Counted from the stretch's first letter, positions 27,823-37,878 are shown. The stretch: DNA of 64,000 nt from an uncultured Candidatus Berkelbacteria bacterium (GCA_903877885.1 CAIRFN010000004.1:19869-83868), one strand, 5' to 3'. Notes: generated from the letters alone by a model not told the origin. A program made the numbers and translations.

Positions 27823-28353
27823 ATGGTGATGAGAATTGTACTTTTTGTTGTAACGATGTTGATTATGGTTCAAATTGGTTTGGCTTTGCCAATCAATTTG
27901 GCACCAACCCAGTCGGTTCAGGCGGAGCCGGCGATTGTCAGTTCGGATATCACGCTTCTACCCGGAAAGGTTGTGGAAGTAACTTGTGATGCTGGTGGCA
28001 TGATCGAAGAAAATCAAACCATGGCCATCGTTTCACTTAAAGAGGAACAACCAAAAAGTATTAATCGCGATACGGCCAGGTTAATGACGCTTGGGTTAAT
28101 GGTTGTCGACTGGGGCCAAACCCGCGATCTGGTCCAAAATCGAACCAGCCGAGTGGAGTTAAACCCGATGCTTGGACCTCATCCCAGTGTCGGCCAGGTG
28201 GATACGCATTTTGCGTATGGTATGGGTTCGTATCTGTTGCTTCAGACCATCTTACCGGAAAAAATCAAAGACAGTTACAATTTCTTTTGTTTGCTTCTCG
28301 AATCAGTCTGTGCCGATAGTAATAACAGAACAAGTTTAAAAGTCCGTTTCTAA
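27823..28353 (+). CDS. Hypothetical secreted protein (GC-richer gene)
   Basis: Signal-peptide-like N-terminus. Strong RBS ggaggagg. Confidence 0.35.
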   Translation: MVMRIVLFVVTMLIMVQIGLALPINLAPTQSVQAEPAIVSSDITLLPGKVVEVTCDAGGMIEENQTMAIVSLKEEQPKSINRDTARLMTLGLMVVDWGQTRDLVQNRTSRVELNPMLGPHPSVGQVDTHFAYGMGSYLLLQTILPEKIKDSYNFFCLLLESVCADSNNRTSLKVRF

Positions 28354-28393
28354 AATCAAAAATCAAAAATCCTTTTTTCTACTCCAGGCCCAC

Positions 28394-28418
28394 CGCCTGG
28401 TTTTTTGTTGCAAAATTT
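28394..28418 (+). terminator. Rho-independent terminator
   Basis: ccaggcccaccgcctgg stem followed by TTTTTTGTT. Confidence 0.65.
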
Positions 28419-28471
28419 TTAAAGTGGCGTAAACTAAAGATACAAAGAAAAATAATTTAAAGGAGATTACT

Positions 28472-28672
28472 ATGGCTGACGAAGCAAAAAAAATCACTGT
28501 TGATCCAGAAAAATGTATTGGTTGCGGCCTTTGCGCTTCAACTTGCCCCGATGTTTTCGCCATGGGCGATGATGGCAAAAGCTATGTCAAAAGTTCTGAA
28601 GCTTGCGCTAATTGCAATTGCCAAGCATCGATCGATGACTGTCCAGCCCATGCCATTAGCTGGGTAGAATAA
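28472..28672 (+). CDS. Small [4Fe-4S] ferredoxin
   Basis: CIGCGLCASTCP cluster motif and a second CxxC...CP. Confidence 0.8.
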   Translation: MADEAKKITVDPEKCIGCGLCASTCPDVFAMGDDGKSYVKSSEACANCNCQASIDDCPAHAISWVE

Positions 28673-28680
28673 GGAGTTAC

Positions 28681-29589
28681 ATGTTAGATTCTATTGTTAT
28701 TGGTGGCGGCCCGGCAGGAATGTCGGCGGCCATCTATTTAATTCGCAAAAAAATGAATATTTTGTTGATCAGTCCGGATTTTGGTGGCCAAGCGGCCAAA
28801 TCTTCCGAAGTGGAAAACTATTTGGGTTTTGAAACCATTTCCGGTCCGGAGCTGATGCAAAAGTTTTCTTCCCATATTGAAAAACTGGGAGTCCAAACTA
28901 AACAAGGCGAAGAAGTAAAATCGATTGCCAAAACCGAAACTGGTTTCATGGTAAAAACAGCCGAAGGCGAATATGAAACCAAAACTGTTTTGATTGCTTC
29001 TGGAAAAATGCCGCGGCGTTTGAATGTGCCGGGCGAAGAAGATTTTTTTGGCAAAGGCATAAGTTACTGCGCTATCTGCGATGGACCGCTTTTTCACGAT
29101 AAAGTTGTGGCTATTATCGGAGGTGGAAATTCCGCTCTCGATGCTGCTTTGGAAATTGAAAAATACGCCGCTAAAGTTGTTTTAGTTAATTTAGAAAAAG
29201 ACTTTATTGGCGATGAAATTAGAAAAGATCGGGTCAAAGAGTCGAAAAAAATCGAAACTATTTTTGAAGCTACTACGACGGAATTTTTTGGCGAACAGTT
29301 TTTGAAAGGCTTAAAATACAAAGATAAAGACGGCCAAATCAAAGAAGTGGCCTGCGACGGCGCGTTTGTCGAAGTTGGCTGGACGCCGGCAACCGGCTTT
29401 GCTAAAGATTTAGTGGAACTAAATCCACTGGCTGAAATCAAAATTGATTTAGAAAATAAAACTAATGTGTCGGGAATTTTTGCCGCTGGCGATGTGACTG
29501 ACATCAAAGAAAAGCAAATTATTATTGCTGCCGGCGAAGGCGCCAAAGCCGCGCTTAACGCCTGGCAATATATCGTGCTGAAGAAATAA
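28681..29589 (+). CDS. trxB: Thioredoxin reductase (FAD/NAD(P)-dependent)
   Basis: GGGPAGMSAA FAD motif, redox CAICDG and a second Rossmann motif GGGNSALD. Confidence 0.85.
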   Translation: MLDSIVIGGGPAGMSAAIYLIRKKMNILLISPDFGGQAAKSSEVENYLGFETISGPELMQKFSSHIEKLGVQTKQGEEVKSIAKTETGFMVKTAEGEYETKTVLIASGKMPRRLNVPGEEDFFGKGISYCAICDGPLFHDKVVAIIGGGNSALDAALEIEKYAAKVVLVNLEKDFIGDEIRKDRVKESKKIETIFEATTTEFFGEQFLKGLKYKDKDGQIKEVACDGAFVEVGWTPATGFAKDLVELNPLAEIKIDLENKTNVSGIFAAGDVTDIKEKQIIIAAGEGAKAALNAWQYIVLKK

Positions 29590-29600
29590 ATAATAAAAAC

Positions 29601-29634
29601 AAAAAAATACTCTTGAACTCGAGAGTATTTTTTA
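29601..29634. terminator. Bidirectional rho-independent terminator between trxB and the convergent minus-strand gene
   Basis: atactcttgaactcgagagtat palindrome flanked by an A-run and a T-run. Confidence 0.65.
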
Positions 29635-29644
29635 AATACAAATT

Positions 29645-30364
29645 TTAGTACGAGTTGGAGATATCTTTAAAATTATTATAGGCAAGCGTGCCTTGCCAAT
29701 CTTTTGGTAAAATCTCGGCCGGTAAGTGCGGGTCGCGCTCAAAAATTTCGGCAAAACGTTGCTCGAGAATTTTAGCTTGGAGTGGCCAAAGTCGGGCGTG
29801 ACGTTGAATCCGTTGAGTTGCCTTAATAAAACTTTCGTAATCTTTGTTGATTTTTTCAATTGGCCAATATTTGGTCATATTTTTTTCTTCATCAAATTTT
29901 TCAGTGGTAAAAAGCGAGACATTTTGGCGAATACCCAAATGGTTGGTTAGCCGATCAATCAGATTCAAAAGGGGATAAGCGGAAATGTAAGCGCCGCGGT
30001 GAAGATTGCCAAAACCGAGGCGAGCGAGAGCGTCAACTAATTGTAGGCGATACTTGCGATCGGATTGATCTAAATCAAACAAAACCACTCGCCATTTACT
30101 GTCCCAAGGTCCAAATTTTTTGAAGGCCAGTCGTGTCTTAATTTCCAATTTTCCTTTAGTCGACAAGATCGGATAGGGTTTTCGATAACGCAAGCGAAAG
30201 GTAATTAAGCCTTCTTTTTTGAGTAAAGAAAATTCTTTGCGCAAAGTGGTAATCTCGTGGGCCAGACCGACTTTGGTAAAATCGAGCGAAACTTTTTCAT
30301 AGGAAAAACGGCTATCTAAAACATAGCCAATATAGGTCAGCAAATTGTTTCTTAAATTTTGCAC
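29645..30364 (-). CDS. PaaX-family-like regulator (wHTH plus PaaX_C domain)
   Basis: WDSKWRVVLFDLDQSDRKYRLQLVDALARLGFGNLHRGAYIS resembles the PaaX C-terminal (Cas2-like fold) domain. Confidence 0.5.
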   Translation of the reverse strand: MQNLRNNLLTYIGYVLDSRFSYEKVSLDFTKVGLAHEITTLRKEFSLLKKEGLITFRLRYRKPYPILSTKGKLEIKTRLAFKKFGPWDSKWRVVLFDLDQSDRKYRLQLVDALARLGFGNLHRGAYISAYPLLNLIDRLTNHLGIRQNVSLFTTEKFDEEKNMTKYWPIEKINKDYESFIKATQRIQRHARLWPLQAKILEQRFAEIFERDPHLPAEILPKDWQGTLAYNNFKDISNSY

Positions 30365-30432
30365 AATTTAATTTTACTACTTACGAGAACGAAAAGCAAA
30401 AAATGAGTAAGAAACATAATACAAACTCAATT

Positions 30433-31278
30433 TTAGATTTCGATTTTCATACCGTCAAAAGCAACATCGATATTTAAGTTTGGATTTTTTTCTACTTCTT
30501 TAATCAATAAATCATGATCGCCGTCAATTGTTTTATGTCGTGAACCATCAATATGGGTGATTATTACTTTTTTTGGTTGTAACTTTTCTATTTCCAAAAT
30601 ATTTTCTTCAAAACTGGCATGATCATGCCAATAATGGTTTTTTGGCAAAGTTTCTCTTAGTTGGGTTTTCCCATCCCAACCTTTTTCCATAATCAAAAGA
30701 TCTAAATTATTGTAATAACCATCAACTTTCCAATCAAAAATCGAACAAGGTGCGTAAAAAACTTTTTTATTTTTTTCTTCAATTAAATAACCGTATCTAG
30801 TACGATCAGCTCGTTTAAAATCAATTGGTGTAATTATAATCGGTCCAAAAGCAATCGGTAATCGATCATTAGTCTTAACAATACTAATAAAGCCCATCAT
30901 TTCAAAATATTTTAAAGCAGGCAATCTGTCCATAAATTCTTCATAAGCATTTTCTGGAATATAAACTTTGATTGGGTCTGGCTTTTGTTCTTCAGGATAA
31001 ACTGATTGAATTTGTTCAAATATTCTTAAGCCTTGAGTATGGTCAGGATGCCAATGAGTATAAAAAACATGTTTAATTGATTGAATTTTTTCTCGCTCGA
31101 TTTGAATTCTTGTTTCTTCTGGAGTATCAAATAAAATTGCCTCATCTTCTAAAAATAAAGATGGACCTGTCCGAGTATAAGGAATTCCTTTGTCTCGGGA
31201 TTTTTCGCAATTTCTACAATGGCAAAGCGGTCTAGGAATTGCCTCACAACCGCCTGAGCCTAAAATAATTAACTTCAT
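30433..31278 (-). CDS. MBL-fold metallo-hydrolase
   Basis: HTHWHPDH (HxHxDH) metal-binding motif. Confidence 0.75.
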   Translation of the reverse strand: MKLIILGSGGCEAIPRPLCHCRNCEKSRDKGIPYTRTGPSLFLEDEAILFDTPEETRIQIEREKIQSIKHVFYTHWHPDHTQGLRIFEQIQSVYPEEQKPDPIKVYIPENAYEEFMDRLPALKYFEMMGFISIVKTNDRLPIAFGPIIITPIDFKRADRTRYGYLIEEKNKKVFYAPCSIFDWKVDGYYNNLDLLIMEKGWDGKTQLRETLPKNHYWHDHASFEENILEIEKLQPKKVIITHIDGSRHKTIDGDHDLLIKEVEKNPNLNIDVAFDGMKIEI

Positions 31279-31279
31279 A

Positions 31280-32566
31280 TTACGGTCTCAATCTTTTAAC
31301 ATCTCTTGGAAAAAGGACAGCCTCTTTAACACTACCCAGACCTAAGATCAGTTGGATGATGCGTTCCGAACCAAGTCCCCAACCACCGTGTGGTGGCATG
31401 GCGAATTTGAAGGTGTTCAAATAAAATTCCATGCCGGCTGGCTTAACGCCTTTGGCTTTCATGTTTTCTAGAAGCATTTCATATTCATGAATGCGTTGTG
31501 AGCCGGTGGCAATTTCCACACCTTTGAAGAGCAAGTCAAAACCTTCAGTTTCATTTTGGTCTTTGTCCGATGGCATGGTGTAAAACGGTTTGTCTTTCCA
31601 ATAATAATTGGTCACAAAAACAAAATCCGAGTTATGTTCTTCTTTAGCCCAACGACCGGCTAGACGTTCGCCTTCCGGATCAATGTCAGTCGATTCTGGA
31701 ATAGTATAATCATATTTTTCTTTAACCAATTTTTTCAGATCCGCTAATTTAATCGCAGGGATTTTAGCTGGCACTTCGGGAATTTCCACGTTGTAAAGTT
31801 TAGCATATTCTTCGCCATTGGTTCTTAAATGATCAAAAACACCTTTGATGGCTAAATTGAGCATTTTCATCACATCTTCATAGCTTTTGATAAAACCCAT
31901 TTCAGCGTCGAGCGAAACATATTCGTTGACATGGCGAGTGGTAAAATGCGGTTCGGCGCGAAAAACCGTGCCGATTTCAAAAACGCGTTCAAAAACGCCA
32001 ACCATAATCTGTTTGTAAAATTGTGGGCTTTGGGCCAAAAAGGCTTCTTTGTCAAAATAGTTAATCTTAAAAAAGTTGGCGCCGCCCTCGCTGGCTGCTT
32101 CCAAAATTTTCGGTGTTTTAATTTCGGTAAAACCTTCGGCTCGCATGGTTTTTTCATAGCCTTCCAAAAGCAAATCATAAAGTTTAAAAATCGCTTGAGT
32201 TTTAGGGTGACGCAGTGAAGTGGTGCGCAAATCTAACAGAGTATTAAGTTGCAAATTTAAATCTTTGCCAGCAAAGTCATAGGGAAGTTCTTCGAGGTTG
32301 GCCGAAATTGTTTCCAACTTTTCACCACCTACTTCCACACCATTTTTGGCTCTGGAATCTTCTTTAACTTTACCTTCAATTTTTACAACTTCGCCGATGC
32401 CGACTTTGGTTTCGGTTTCAAAAACGACTTGAACAGCGCCAGAGTAATCTTGAACCACGACAAAAAGAATTGCGGCGCCAAGCTTTCGAATATTCAAGAC
32501 CCGTCCGCTAATTTCCACATCTTGCCCAACTTTTTCTTTAAGATTTTTGATCAATGTCCTGGCCAT
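31280..32566 (-). CDS. Class IIb aminoacyl-tRNA synthetase, archaeal-type Asp/Asn-tRNA ligase (short form)
   Basis: N-terminal OB fold, motif 2 GTVFRAE and motif 3 GGWGLGSERIIQLILGL. 428 aa. Confidence 0.8.
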   Translation of the reverse strand: MARTLIKNLKEKVGQDVEISGRVLNIRKLGAAILFVVVQDYSGAVQVVFETETKVGIGEVVKIEGKVKEDSRAKNGVEVGGEKLETISANLEELPYDFAGKDLNLQLNTLLDLRTTSLRHPKTQAIFKLYDLLLEGYEKTMRAEGFTEIKTPKILEAASEGGANFFKINYFDKEAFLAQSPQFYKQIMVGVFERVFEIGTVFRAEPHFTTRHVNEYVSLDAEMGFIKSYEDVMKMLNLAIKGVFDHLRTNGEEYAKLYNVEIPEVPAKIPAIKLADLKKLVKEKYDYTIPESTDIDPEGERLAGRWAKEEHNSDFVFVTNYYWKDKPFYTMPSDKDQNETEGFDLLFKGVEIATGSQRIHEYEMLLENMKAKGVKPAGMEFYLNTFKFAMPPHGGWGLGSERIIQLILGLGSVKEAVLFPRDVKRLRP

Positions 32567-32640
32567 ATAGACTCCTAAAACTAGTTATTTTCTTTCTAAA
32601 TAATACACCAAATACTAACTGATTGAAAGAGGAAACCACG

Positions 32641-32670
32641 TTACCACCTCCAAGGTGGCAACATATGGTT
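32641..32670. repeat. Copy B of the conserved palindromic element (ttaccacc-tccaa-ggtggcaacatatggtt)
   Basis: Matches 7624-7653 with the 5-nt loop reverse-complemented and one stem mismatch. Confidence 0.6.
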
Positions 32671-32767
32671 GAAGTCTTGAGAAAAAAGGTATATAATAAT
32701 GCCAGCTTGTTGAGCTTAGCTTTAGCTCTGATCTCGGCGAGTGAATCTTAACAAAAGGGGAACGTTG

Positions 32768-34387
32768 ATGAAGACTCGCGTCCTGTTTTTGGCGTTGGTG
32801 CTGATTTTCAGTATCAATCTTGTTCTGGCTGATCCGGAGATTCAAGTTTATCGGTTCCAAAATAATGGTTGGGTTCGTGATGAAGCTAAATGGCAAAAAG
32901 GCCGAATTAGTTTTTTAATTCATGGTTATCCAATTATTGATGACGGAAATAATCGCGAAGGTTTAAAAAATCTAGCGATTCATTTCGCTGAAGAACGCAA
33001 GTTTAATGATCAAACTATTCCAGCCTATGACGCAATTTATGCGGCAGAATATCCAAAAGGATATCATATTTTGGAAACCGCAAAAGTTGTAGCTGATATT
33101 GTAAATAATCGGTGTGGTAATTTGCCGAATGATGTAAAAATCGATGTTTTTGCCCATAGTATGGGTGGATTAATTGCTCGAACGGCAATTGGTTGCTCGG
33201 AAGAGGTTTTAGGTACAAAGAATATAGGCAACCGAGTTGCCCATTTGGTGATGATGGGGACGCCGCAATATGGTTTCTATGAAATCGAGGTAGCAAAATT
33301 CGCGCTCGGAAATTCCGATGATGTGGCTGATATGAACGCTTCCGGTGATTTTTTAAATAAGATCGTAAATAATGCGGAAGTATCCAGGGCCAAAAATGTC
33401 GATAGTTACATGGTAATCGGAACATGTTCTTTTAAACCGAAATTGTTTATGAATGGGTTAAAGCGAATCGCTGATAAACTAGAAAAAGTTCATGACGGTT
33501 TGGTTGGCCTGAATTCCTCTAGTTACGATCTTTCTATTTTTTATCGTTCATACAAAAACGTCAAATTAGAATTAAATCATGATTACACTAAAGACGATCC
33601 GCAAGTTTTTACCGCAATCGATCAATGGATGATTAAGGATAAATGGTTTAAAACAGAAATCAAACCGTTACAAATCGGAAAATACACAGGTGGTTTACCG
33701 GTAGTTGTCGGGAAATCAAGACAAGAAATAGTTAAGATATTTGGTAATAATTGTTTGCGTAAACAGCCATCAGGTTTTTTGGAATATAGTCCGAATGCTA
33801 GTAATATTCAAGGAACAACAGAGTGGTTTTATGTCGAAAGTTTAGTTAAAGATTGTTGTTTTACGGTTTATTTTACTACTTATGGCGCTGACTTAGGTTC
33901 TACTGATTCAATTAAAAAGTATATAACTGATCGAGCTGAGGCGATAAATTATAGCAATATATATAAAAACCGATATGGTCATATCCTGCCATGTTGTCCT
34001 CAAGAAGTTGTGCCAAAAGAAATTTTAGAACAAAAACCTGAAGAAATTTGCTGGGAAAACTATGGAGATTTTGGAGTAGTAGTTGTTTGGAGATATTGCG
34101 GTAACACTTTTGTTTTAGGAGTAAAAGACACACGTCGAAATTTGGTAGATGTAATTAGACCTGAAGATGATGCGAATTTCAAAGTTAGAAAAAATAAAAA
34201 TACAGATGATTTCCGTAATGCCGACAAAGTCTTTTTCTTTATTCAAATTAGCGGTATTGTAAATTTGTTTAACGAAAAAGAAACATGGGATAATCCATCT
34301 GCTTGTCTTTGTAATGACGAAGTAAAATTTGAAGATTGCGGCAAAGTAGTGGAGATCTCGCGATGTTTCTATCGTTTTACTAAATAA
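32768..34387 (+). CDS. Secreted alpha/beta-hydrolase (lipase/PGAP1-like) with a Cys-rich C-terminal domain. ATG at 32768 is preferred.
   Basis: Signal peptide and nucleophile elbow AHSMGG (GxSxG). Confidence 0.6.
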   Translation: MKTRVLFLALVLIFSINLVLADPEIQVYRFQNNGWVRDEAKWQKGRISFLIHGYPIIDDGNNREGLKNLAIHFAEERKFNDQTIPAYDAIYAAEYPKGYHILETAKVVADIVNNRCGNLPNDVKIDVFAHSMGGLIARTAIGCSEEVLGTKNIGNRVAHLVMMGTPQYGFYEIEVAKFALGNSDDVADMNASGDFLNKIVNNAEVSRAKNVDSYMVIGTCSFKPKLFMNGLKRIADKLEKVHDGLVGLNSSSYDLSIFYRSYKNVKLELNHDYTKDDPQVFTAIDQWMIKDKWFKTEIKPLQIGKYTGGLPVVVGKSRQEIVKIFGNNCLRKQPSGFLEYSPNASNIQGTTEWFYVESLVKDCCFTVYFTTYGADLGSTDSIKKYITDRAEAINYSNIYKNRYGHILPCCPQEVVPKEILEQKPEEICWENYGDFGVVVVWRYCGNTFVLGVKDTRRNLVDVIRPEDDANFKVRKNKNTDDFRNADKVFFFIQISGIVNLFNEKETWDNPSACLCNDEVKFEDCGKVVEISRCFYRFTK

Positions 34388-34441
34388 TAATAAACAACAC
34401 AGTGTTCGTTTTTTAAACGGGCACTTTTTTTATTTCAATTT

Positions 34442-35767
34442 TTATTCCAACATTTTCTTCACGGTGTCGATTAAACCATCGAAATTGGTTTCGATCTGCT
34501 CGTTCTCGCCGAATTTTTCGGTCATTTTTTTGACTGTGTAAATATCTTTGGCAACTTGGTCGGCAAAAGTGATAACGCAAACCGGAACGGCTAATTTATT
34601 AGCATAAGTTAGTTGCGGCCCGAGCGCAGATTTTCCACCCAAATAGATTTCGGTTTTAATGTTGTTTTCTCTTAAAATTTGAGCGATTTTGACCGAATCA
34701 GTTGGGTTTTCCTCAAAAACCGTGACTAAAACCTGGGTTCCATCGGTAACTTTTGGCAGTAATTCCAATTTTTCCATGGCGGCAAAAAGGCGATCGACTC
34801 CTAAAGAAACGCCGACGGCCGGCACGTTGGTGCCAATAAAATAACCAATCAATTCATCATAGCGGCCGCCGGAAAAAACTGAACCAAATTCTGGGGCATC
34901 GAGCAGGATGGTTTCATAAACAATGCCAGTGTAATAGTCGAGGCCGCGAGCAATCGAAAGATCAATTTTAATTATATCCATATCGACTTCGGCTGCTTGA
35001 AGATAATTAACAGTTTCCTCTAATTCTTCAGTTCCTTCTAAACCGATTGAATTATCAACAAAAATTTCTTTGAGTTTAGCAATGATTTGGGAGTTAATGC
35101 CTTTGGTTTTAACAAACTCCAAGATTTTTTCAGTTTGGCTAGCGCTTAAAATATCCAACAACGATTTTTCAAAATCTTCGGCTGAGATTTTTTCAATCTT
35201 GTCGATCAGCTGAAAAACTTTAGTTGAATCATCTTTATCGATTTTTGCCCACTCAATTAGACCGTTTAAAACTTTGCGATTATTAATTCGAATATTAAAT
35301 TTGGCAATGCCTAAACTTTGCATCGATGTACTAATTAAGTTAACCATTTCACTATCAGCTAAGGTTGAAGAAGACCCGGCGACATCAACATCGAACTGAT
35401 AAAATTCGCGATAGCGGCCAGCCTGCGGGCTGTCCGCACGCCAAACCGGCGCCACCTGATAGCGCTTGAACGGTTTAACTAATTCCGGATATTGGGCAAT
35501 CACCCTGGCAAATGGCACGGTTAAATCGTAGCGCATACTAACGTCGCGCTCGCCTTGATCCTTGAAGCGATACATTAAGCGTTTGGCTTCCTCGCCATAT
35601 TTACCGAGCAAAATATCGGAAAATTCCAAAACTGGCGTTTCGAGCGGTGAAAAGCCAAAAGATTCATAAACTGATTTGACTTGGTTGATCATCCAATCGC
35701 GTTGTCTTTTTTTCTCTGGCAAAAAGTCACGAAAACCTTGCAAAAGTCGGGGATTGATTTTATCCAT
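34442..35767 (-). CDS. hisS: Histidyl-tRNA synthetase
   Basis: RYDLTVPFARV, ARGLDYYTG and a C-terminal anticodon-binding domain. Confidence 0.9.
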   Translation of the reverse strand: MDKINPRLLQGFRDFLPEKKRQRDWMINQVKSVYESFGFSPLETPVLEFSDILLGKYGEEAKRLMYRFKDQGERDVSMRYDLTVPFARVIAQYPELVKPFKRYQVAPVWRADSPQAGRYREFYQFDVDVAGSSSTLADSEMVNLISTSMQSLGIAKFNIRINNRKVLNGLIEWAKIDKDDSTKVFQLIDKIEKISAEDFEKSLLDILSASQTEKILEFVKTKGINSQIIAKLKEIFVDNSIGLEGTEELEETVNYLQAAEVDMDIIKIDLSIARGLDYYTGIVYETILLDAPEFGSVFSGGRYDELIGYFIGTNVPAVGVSLGVDRLFAAMEKLELLPKVTDGTQVLVTVFEENPTDSVKIAQILRENNIKTEIYLGGKSALGPQLTYANKLAVPVCVITFADQVAKDIYTVKKMTEKFGENEQIETNFDGLIDTVKKMLE

Positions 35768-35896
35768 ATTTTATCTTTCTAGTTTGTTAATAATACCTTA
35801 ATATTACTCTTGAATAGTCAAATCGGCAAGAAGCATTGACAGAACAATTATTTTAGAGTAATATTCGGTTAGAACTATTCCGAGAAGGAGGCTGTT

Positions 35897-36193
35897 ATGA
35901 CAGCGAAAAAGAAAGGTACGGGGTCAATGACCGTAGCCGAAGCCGGTCGCAAGGGCGGCACGAAGACTGCCAAAACTCATGGTCACGAGTTCTATGAGGA
36001 AATCGGCCGCAAGGGCGGGGTTAAAGTCAGGGATGAATATGGCGTGGCGTTTTACGAGGAGATTGGCCATAAAGGTGGTCAGAAGGTCAAGGATCTGATC
36101 GAAATGGGCAAGCGTGCTCAAGCCGCCGAAACCGAAGCCGATCGACGTCTGGCCGAGCGGGCCAAGGCTATCAAAAAGGGAGTCGGGAAATGA
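35897..36193 (+). CDS. KGG-repeat stress-induced protein (YciG/GsiB-like), GC-rich
   Basis: Repeats of EAG(R)KGG...K..FYEEIG(R/H)KGG. Confidence 0.75.
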   Translation: MTAKKKGTGSMTVAEAGRKGGTKTAKTHGHEFYEEIGRKGGVKVRDEYGVAFYEEIGHKGGQKVKDLIEMGKRAQAAETEADRRLAERAKAIKKGVGK

Positions 36194-36390
36194 GCGAGAA
36201 GAAATCTGGTGGTCAAATGACTGTGGCCGAAGCGGGTCGCCGCGGCGGCAATGCAGTCAAGAAAAAATACGGCACGGCGTTTTACGAGGAAATTGGCCAT
36301 AAAGGCGGTCAAAAGGTTAAACGTCTGATCGAACAGGCCAAACGAATTGAGGCCGCCGAGAAGCGCGCCGCCGAAACGCCGTGGGACTAA
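36190..36390 (+). CDS. KGG-repeat stress-induced protein, tandem paralogue
   Basis: Same repeat architecture. ATGA overlap with the upstream gene. Terminator at about 36404-36430. Confidence 0.75.
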   Translation: MSEKKSGGQMTVAEAGRRGGNAVKKKYGTAFYEEIGHKGGQKVKRLIEQAKRIEAAEKRAAETPWD

Positions 36391-36470
36391 CAACTAAATA
36401 TTGAACCAACCTCCACCTTAACCGGTGGTTTTTTAATGCCAAACTGGTAAAATATAGATAAAGGAGAAAT

Positions 36471-36863
36471 ATGCCTTATTTGCAAACACAAGTTACAACT
36501 CAAGCAATTATTAAAAATGAAATTGGTGAAATTTTATTATTAAGACGTAATAAACCTGGTGGCTGGTTTACCTTGCCAGGCGGCACGGTTGAGGAAGGGG
36601 AAACGGTTATTCAGGCCTTAGAACGAGAGATTCTCGAAGAAACTGGTTCGAAACTAAAAACTGCCAATCCTGTTTGGGTTTGGCAAAGTAACCATATCGG
36701 CAAAGATTTGTTAGGAATTGTTTTTAATGTTGCAGAAATTGTAAAAAAAGATACAAAAATTGAACTTACAGAAGAGCACGATAAATATCAATGGTTTAAA
36801 ATCGAGGATCTGATGGATGACGAATCAGTCGATCCTTATATCAAAAAACCAGAACTCTTTTAA
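36471..36863 (+). CDS. NUDIX hydrolase
   Basis: Nudix box GGTVEEGETVIQALEREILEETG. Confidence 0.8.
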   Translation: MPYLQTQVTTQAIIKNEIGEILLLRRNKPGGWFTLPGGTVEEGETVIQALEREILEETGSKLKTANPVWVWQSNHIGKDLLGIVFNVAEIVKKDTKIELTEEHDKYQWFKIEDLMDDESVDPYIKKPELF

Positions 36864-36921
36864 TCAAATGAAAAATATGTTTAAATAGAGTAAATAAAAT
36901 TTTAATAGATCGGAAATAATA

Positions 36922-37713
36922 ATGATTATTGATTCGCATTTACATTTAACCAAGATGACTGAAAATGAAACGCATGAAGATGCGCTTGTTTTGCTGAAAG
37001 AAAATATGGTTAAAAATAATATTGATAAGGCGATTATTATTGCGGATAACATCATTGGTTCCGATTGTGCTGATACAGATACTCTTCTTAAACTTTTAAA
37101 AACAGAAAATAATTTTTACATGGTCGGTTCGTTGCTAGTTTTAGATTATAGTCAGGCTGACTTAGATAAATTTGATAATCTTTTAAAAGAAAAGAAAATA
37201 ATTGCTCTTAAACTTTTCCCTGGTCATGATCCTTATTATCCAACTGATGCTCGTTGCGAGCCAATTTATGAATTATGCCTCAAACATGATTGTCCGATAA
37301 TCATTCATACTGGAATTAATATTGGTGATGAAGATTGTGCCAAATATAATGATCCAAAACATATTGTTGAGGTAGCTAAAAAATATTCTAAATTAAAAAT
37401 AGTAATTGCTCATTATTTCTGGCCAAAAATGGAATATTGTCACGAAATCACTAAACCTTATGACAATATTCTTTTCGATACATCAGCCATGGCTGATATT
37501 GACGTTGTCGAAGCTACTGGCGGAATAGAAAAAGTTAAAAATATCTTAGAACAAACGATTAAAGAAAAACCAAATGGAGTAATGTTCGGAACCGATTATC
37601 CATGTTGCGAAATTAAACCACATGTTGATTTGATTAATTCTTCGAATATTTCACAAGAAGAAAAAGAAAAAGTTTTTTCTGGGAACTCAATCGAGGTGTT
37701 TAAAATTAAATAA
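36922..37713 (+). CDS. Amidohydrolase-2/TatD-like TIM-barrel metal-dependent hydrolase
   Basis: N-terminal IIDSHLHL and spaced His/Asp pattern (HTG...H...D). Confidence 0.6.
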   Translation: MIIDSHLHLTKMTENETHEDALVLLKENMVKNNIDKAIIIADNIIGSDCADTDTLLKLLKTENNFYMVGSLLVLDYSQADLDKFDNLLKEKKIIALKLFPGHDPYYPTDARCEPIYELCLKHDCPIIIHTGINIGDEDCAKYNDPKHIVEVAKKYSKLKIVIAHYFWPKMEYCHEITKPYDNILFDTSAMADIDVVEATGGIEKVKNILEQTIKEKPNGVMFGTDYPCCEIKPHVDLINSSNISQEEKEKVFSGNSIEVFKIK

Positions 37714-37878
37714 AATCATTGGTATTCGCCGATGGTTTATTTAGAAGAGGAGTGCTCTTTTAAAGAATACTAATTTTCGATTTGAAGGATATTTTGAGAA
37801 CCGTCCTCGGAGTTTTATAATTTTTTGTATTTAAAAACCGCTCGAAGATTCGGGCGGCAATAGTCTAAGAAATAATGA

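Noticed and set aside
32615-32896. 93-aa minus-strand ORF across the divergent promoter region.
   Set aside because: It overlaps the signal-peptide start of the 32768 hydrolase gene and the conserved palindromic element, and it has no RBS.
36118-36393. 91-aa minus-strand ORF.
   Set aside because: It is antisense to the two KGG stress-protein genes, and GC-rich sequence yields long spurious reading frames.
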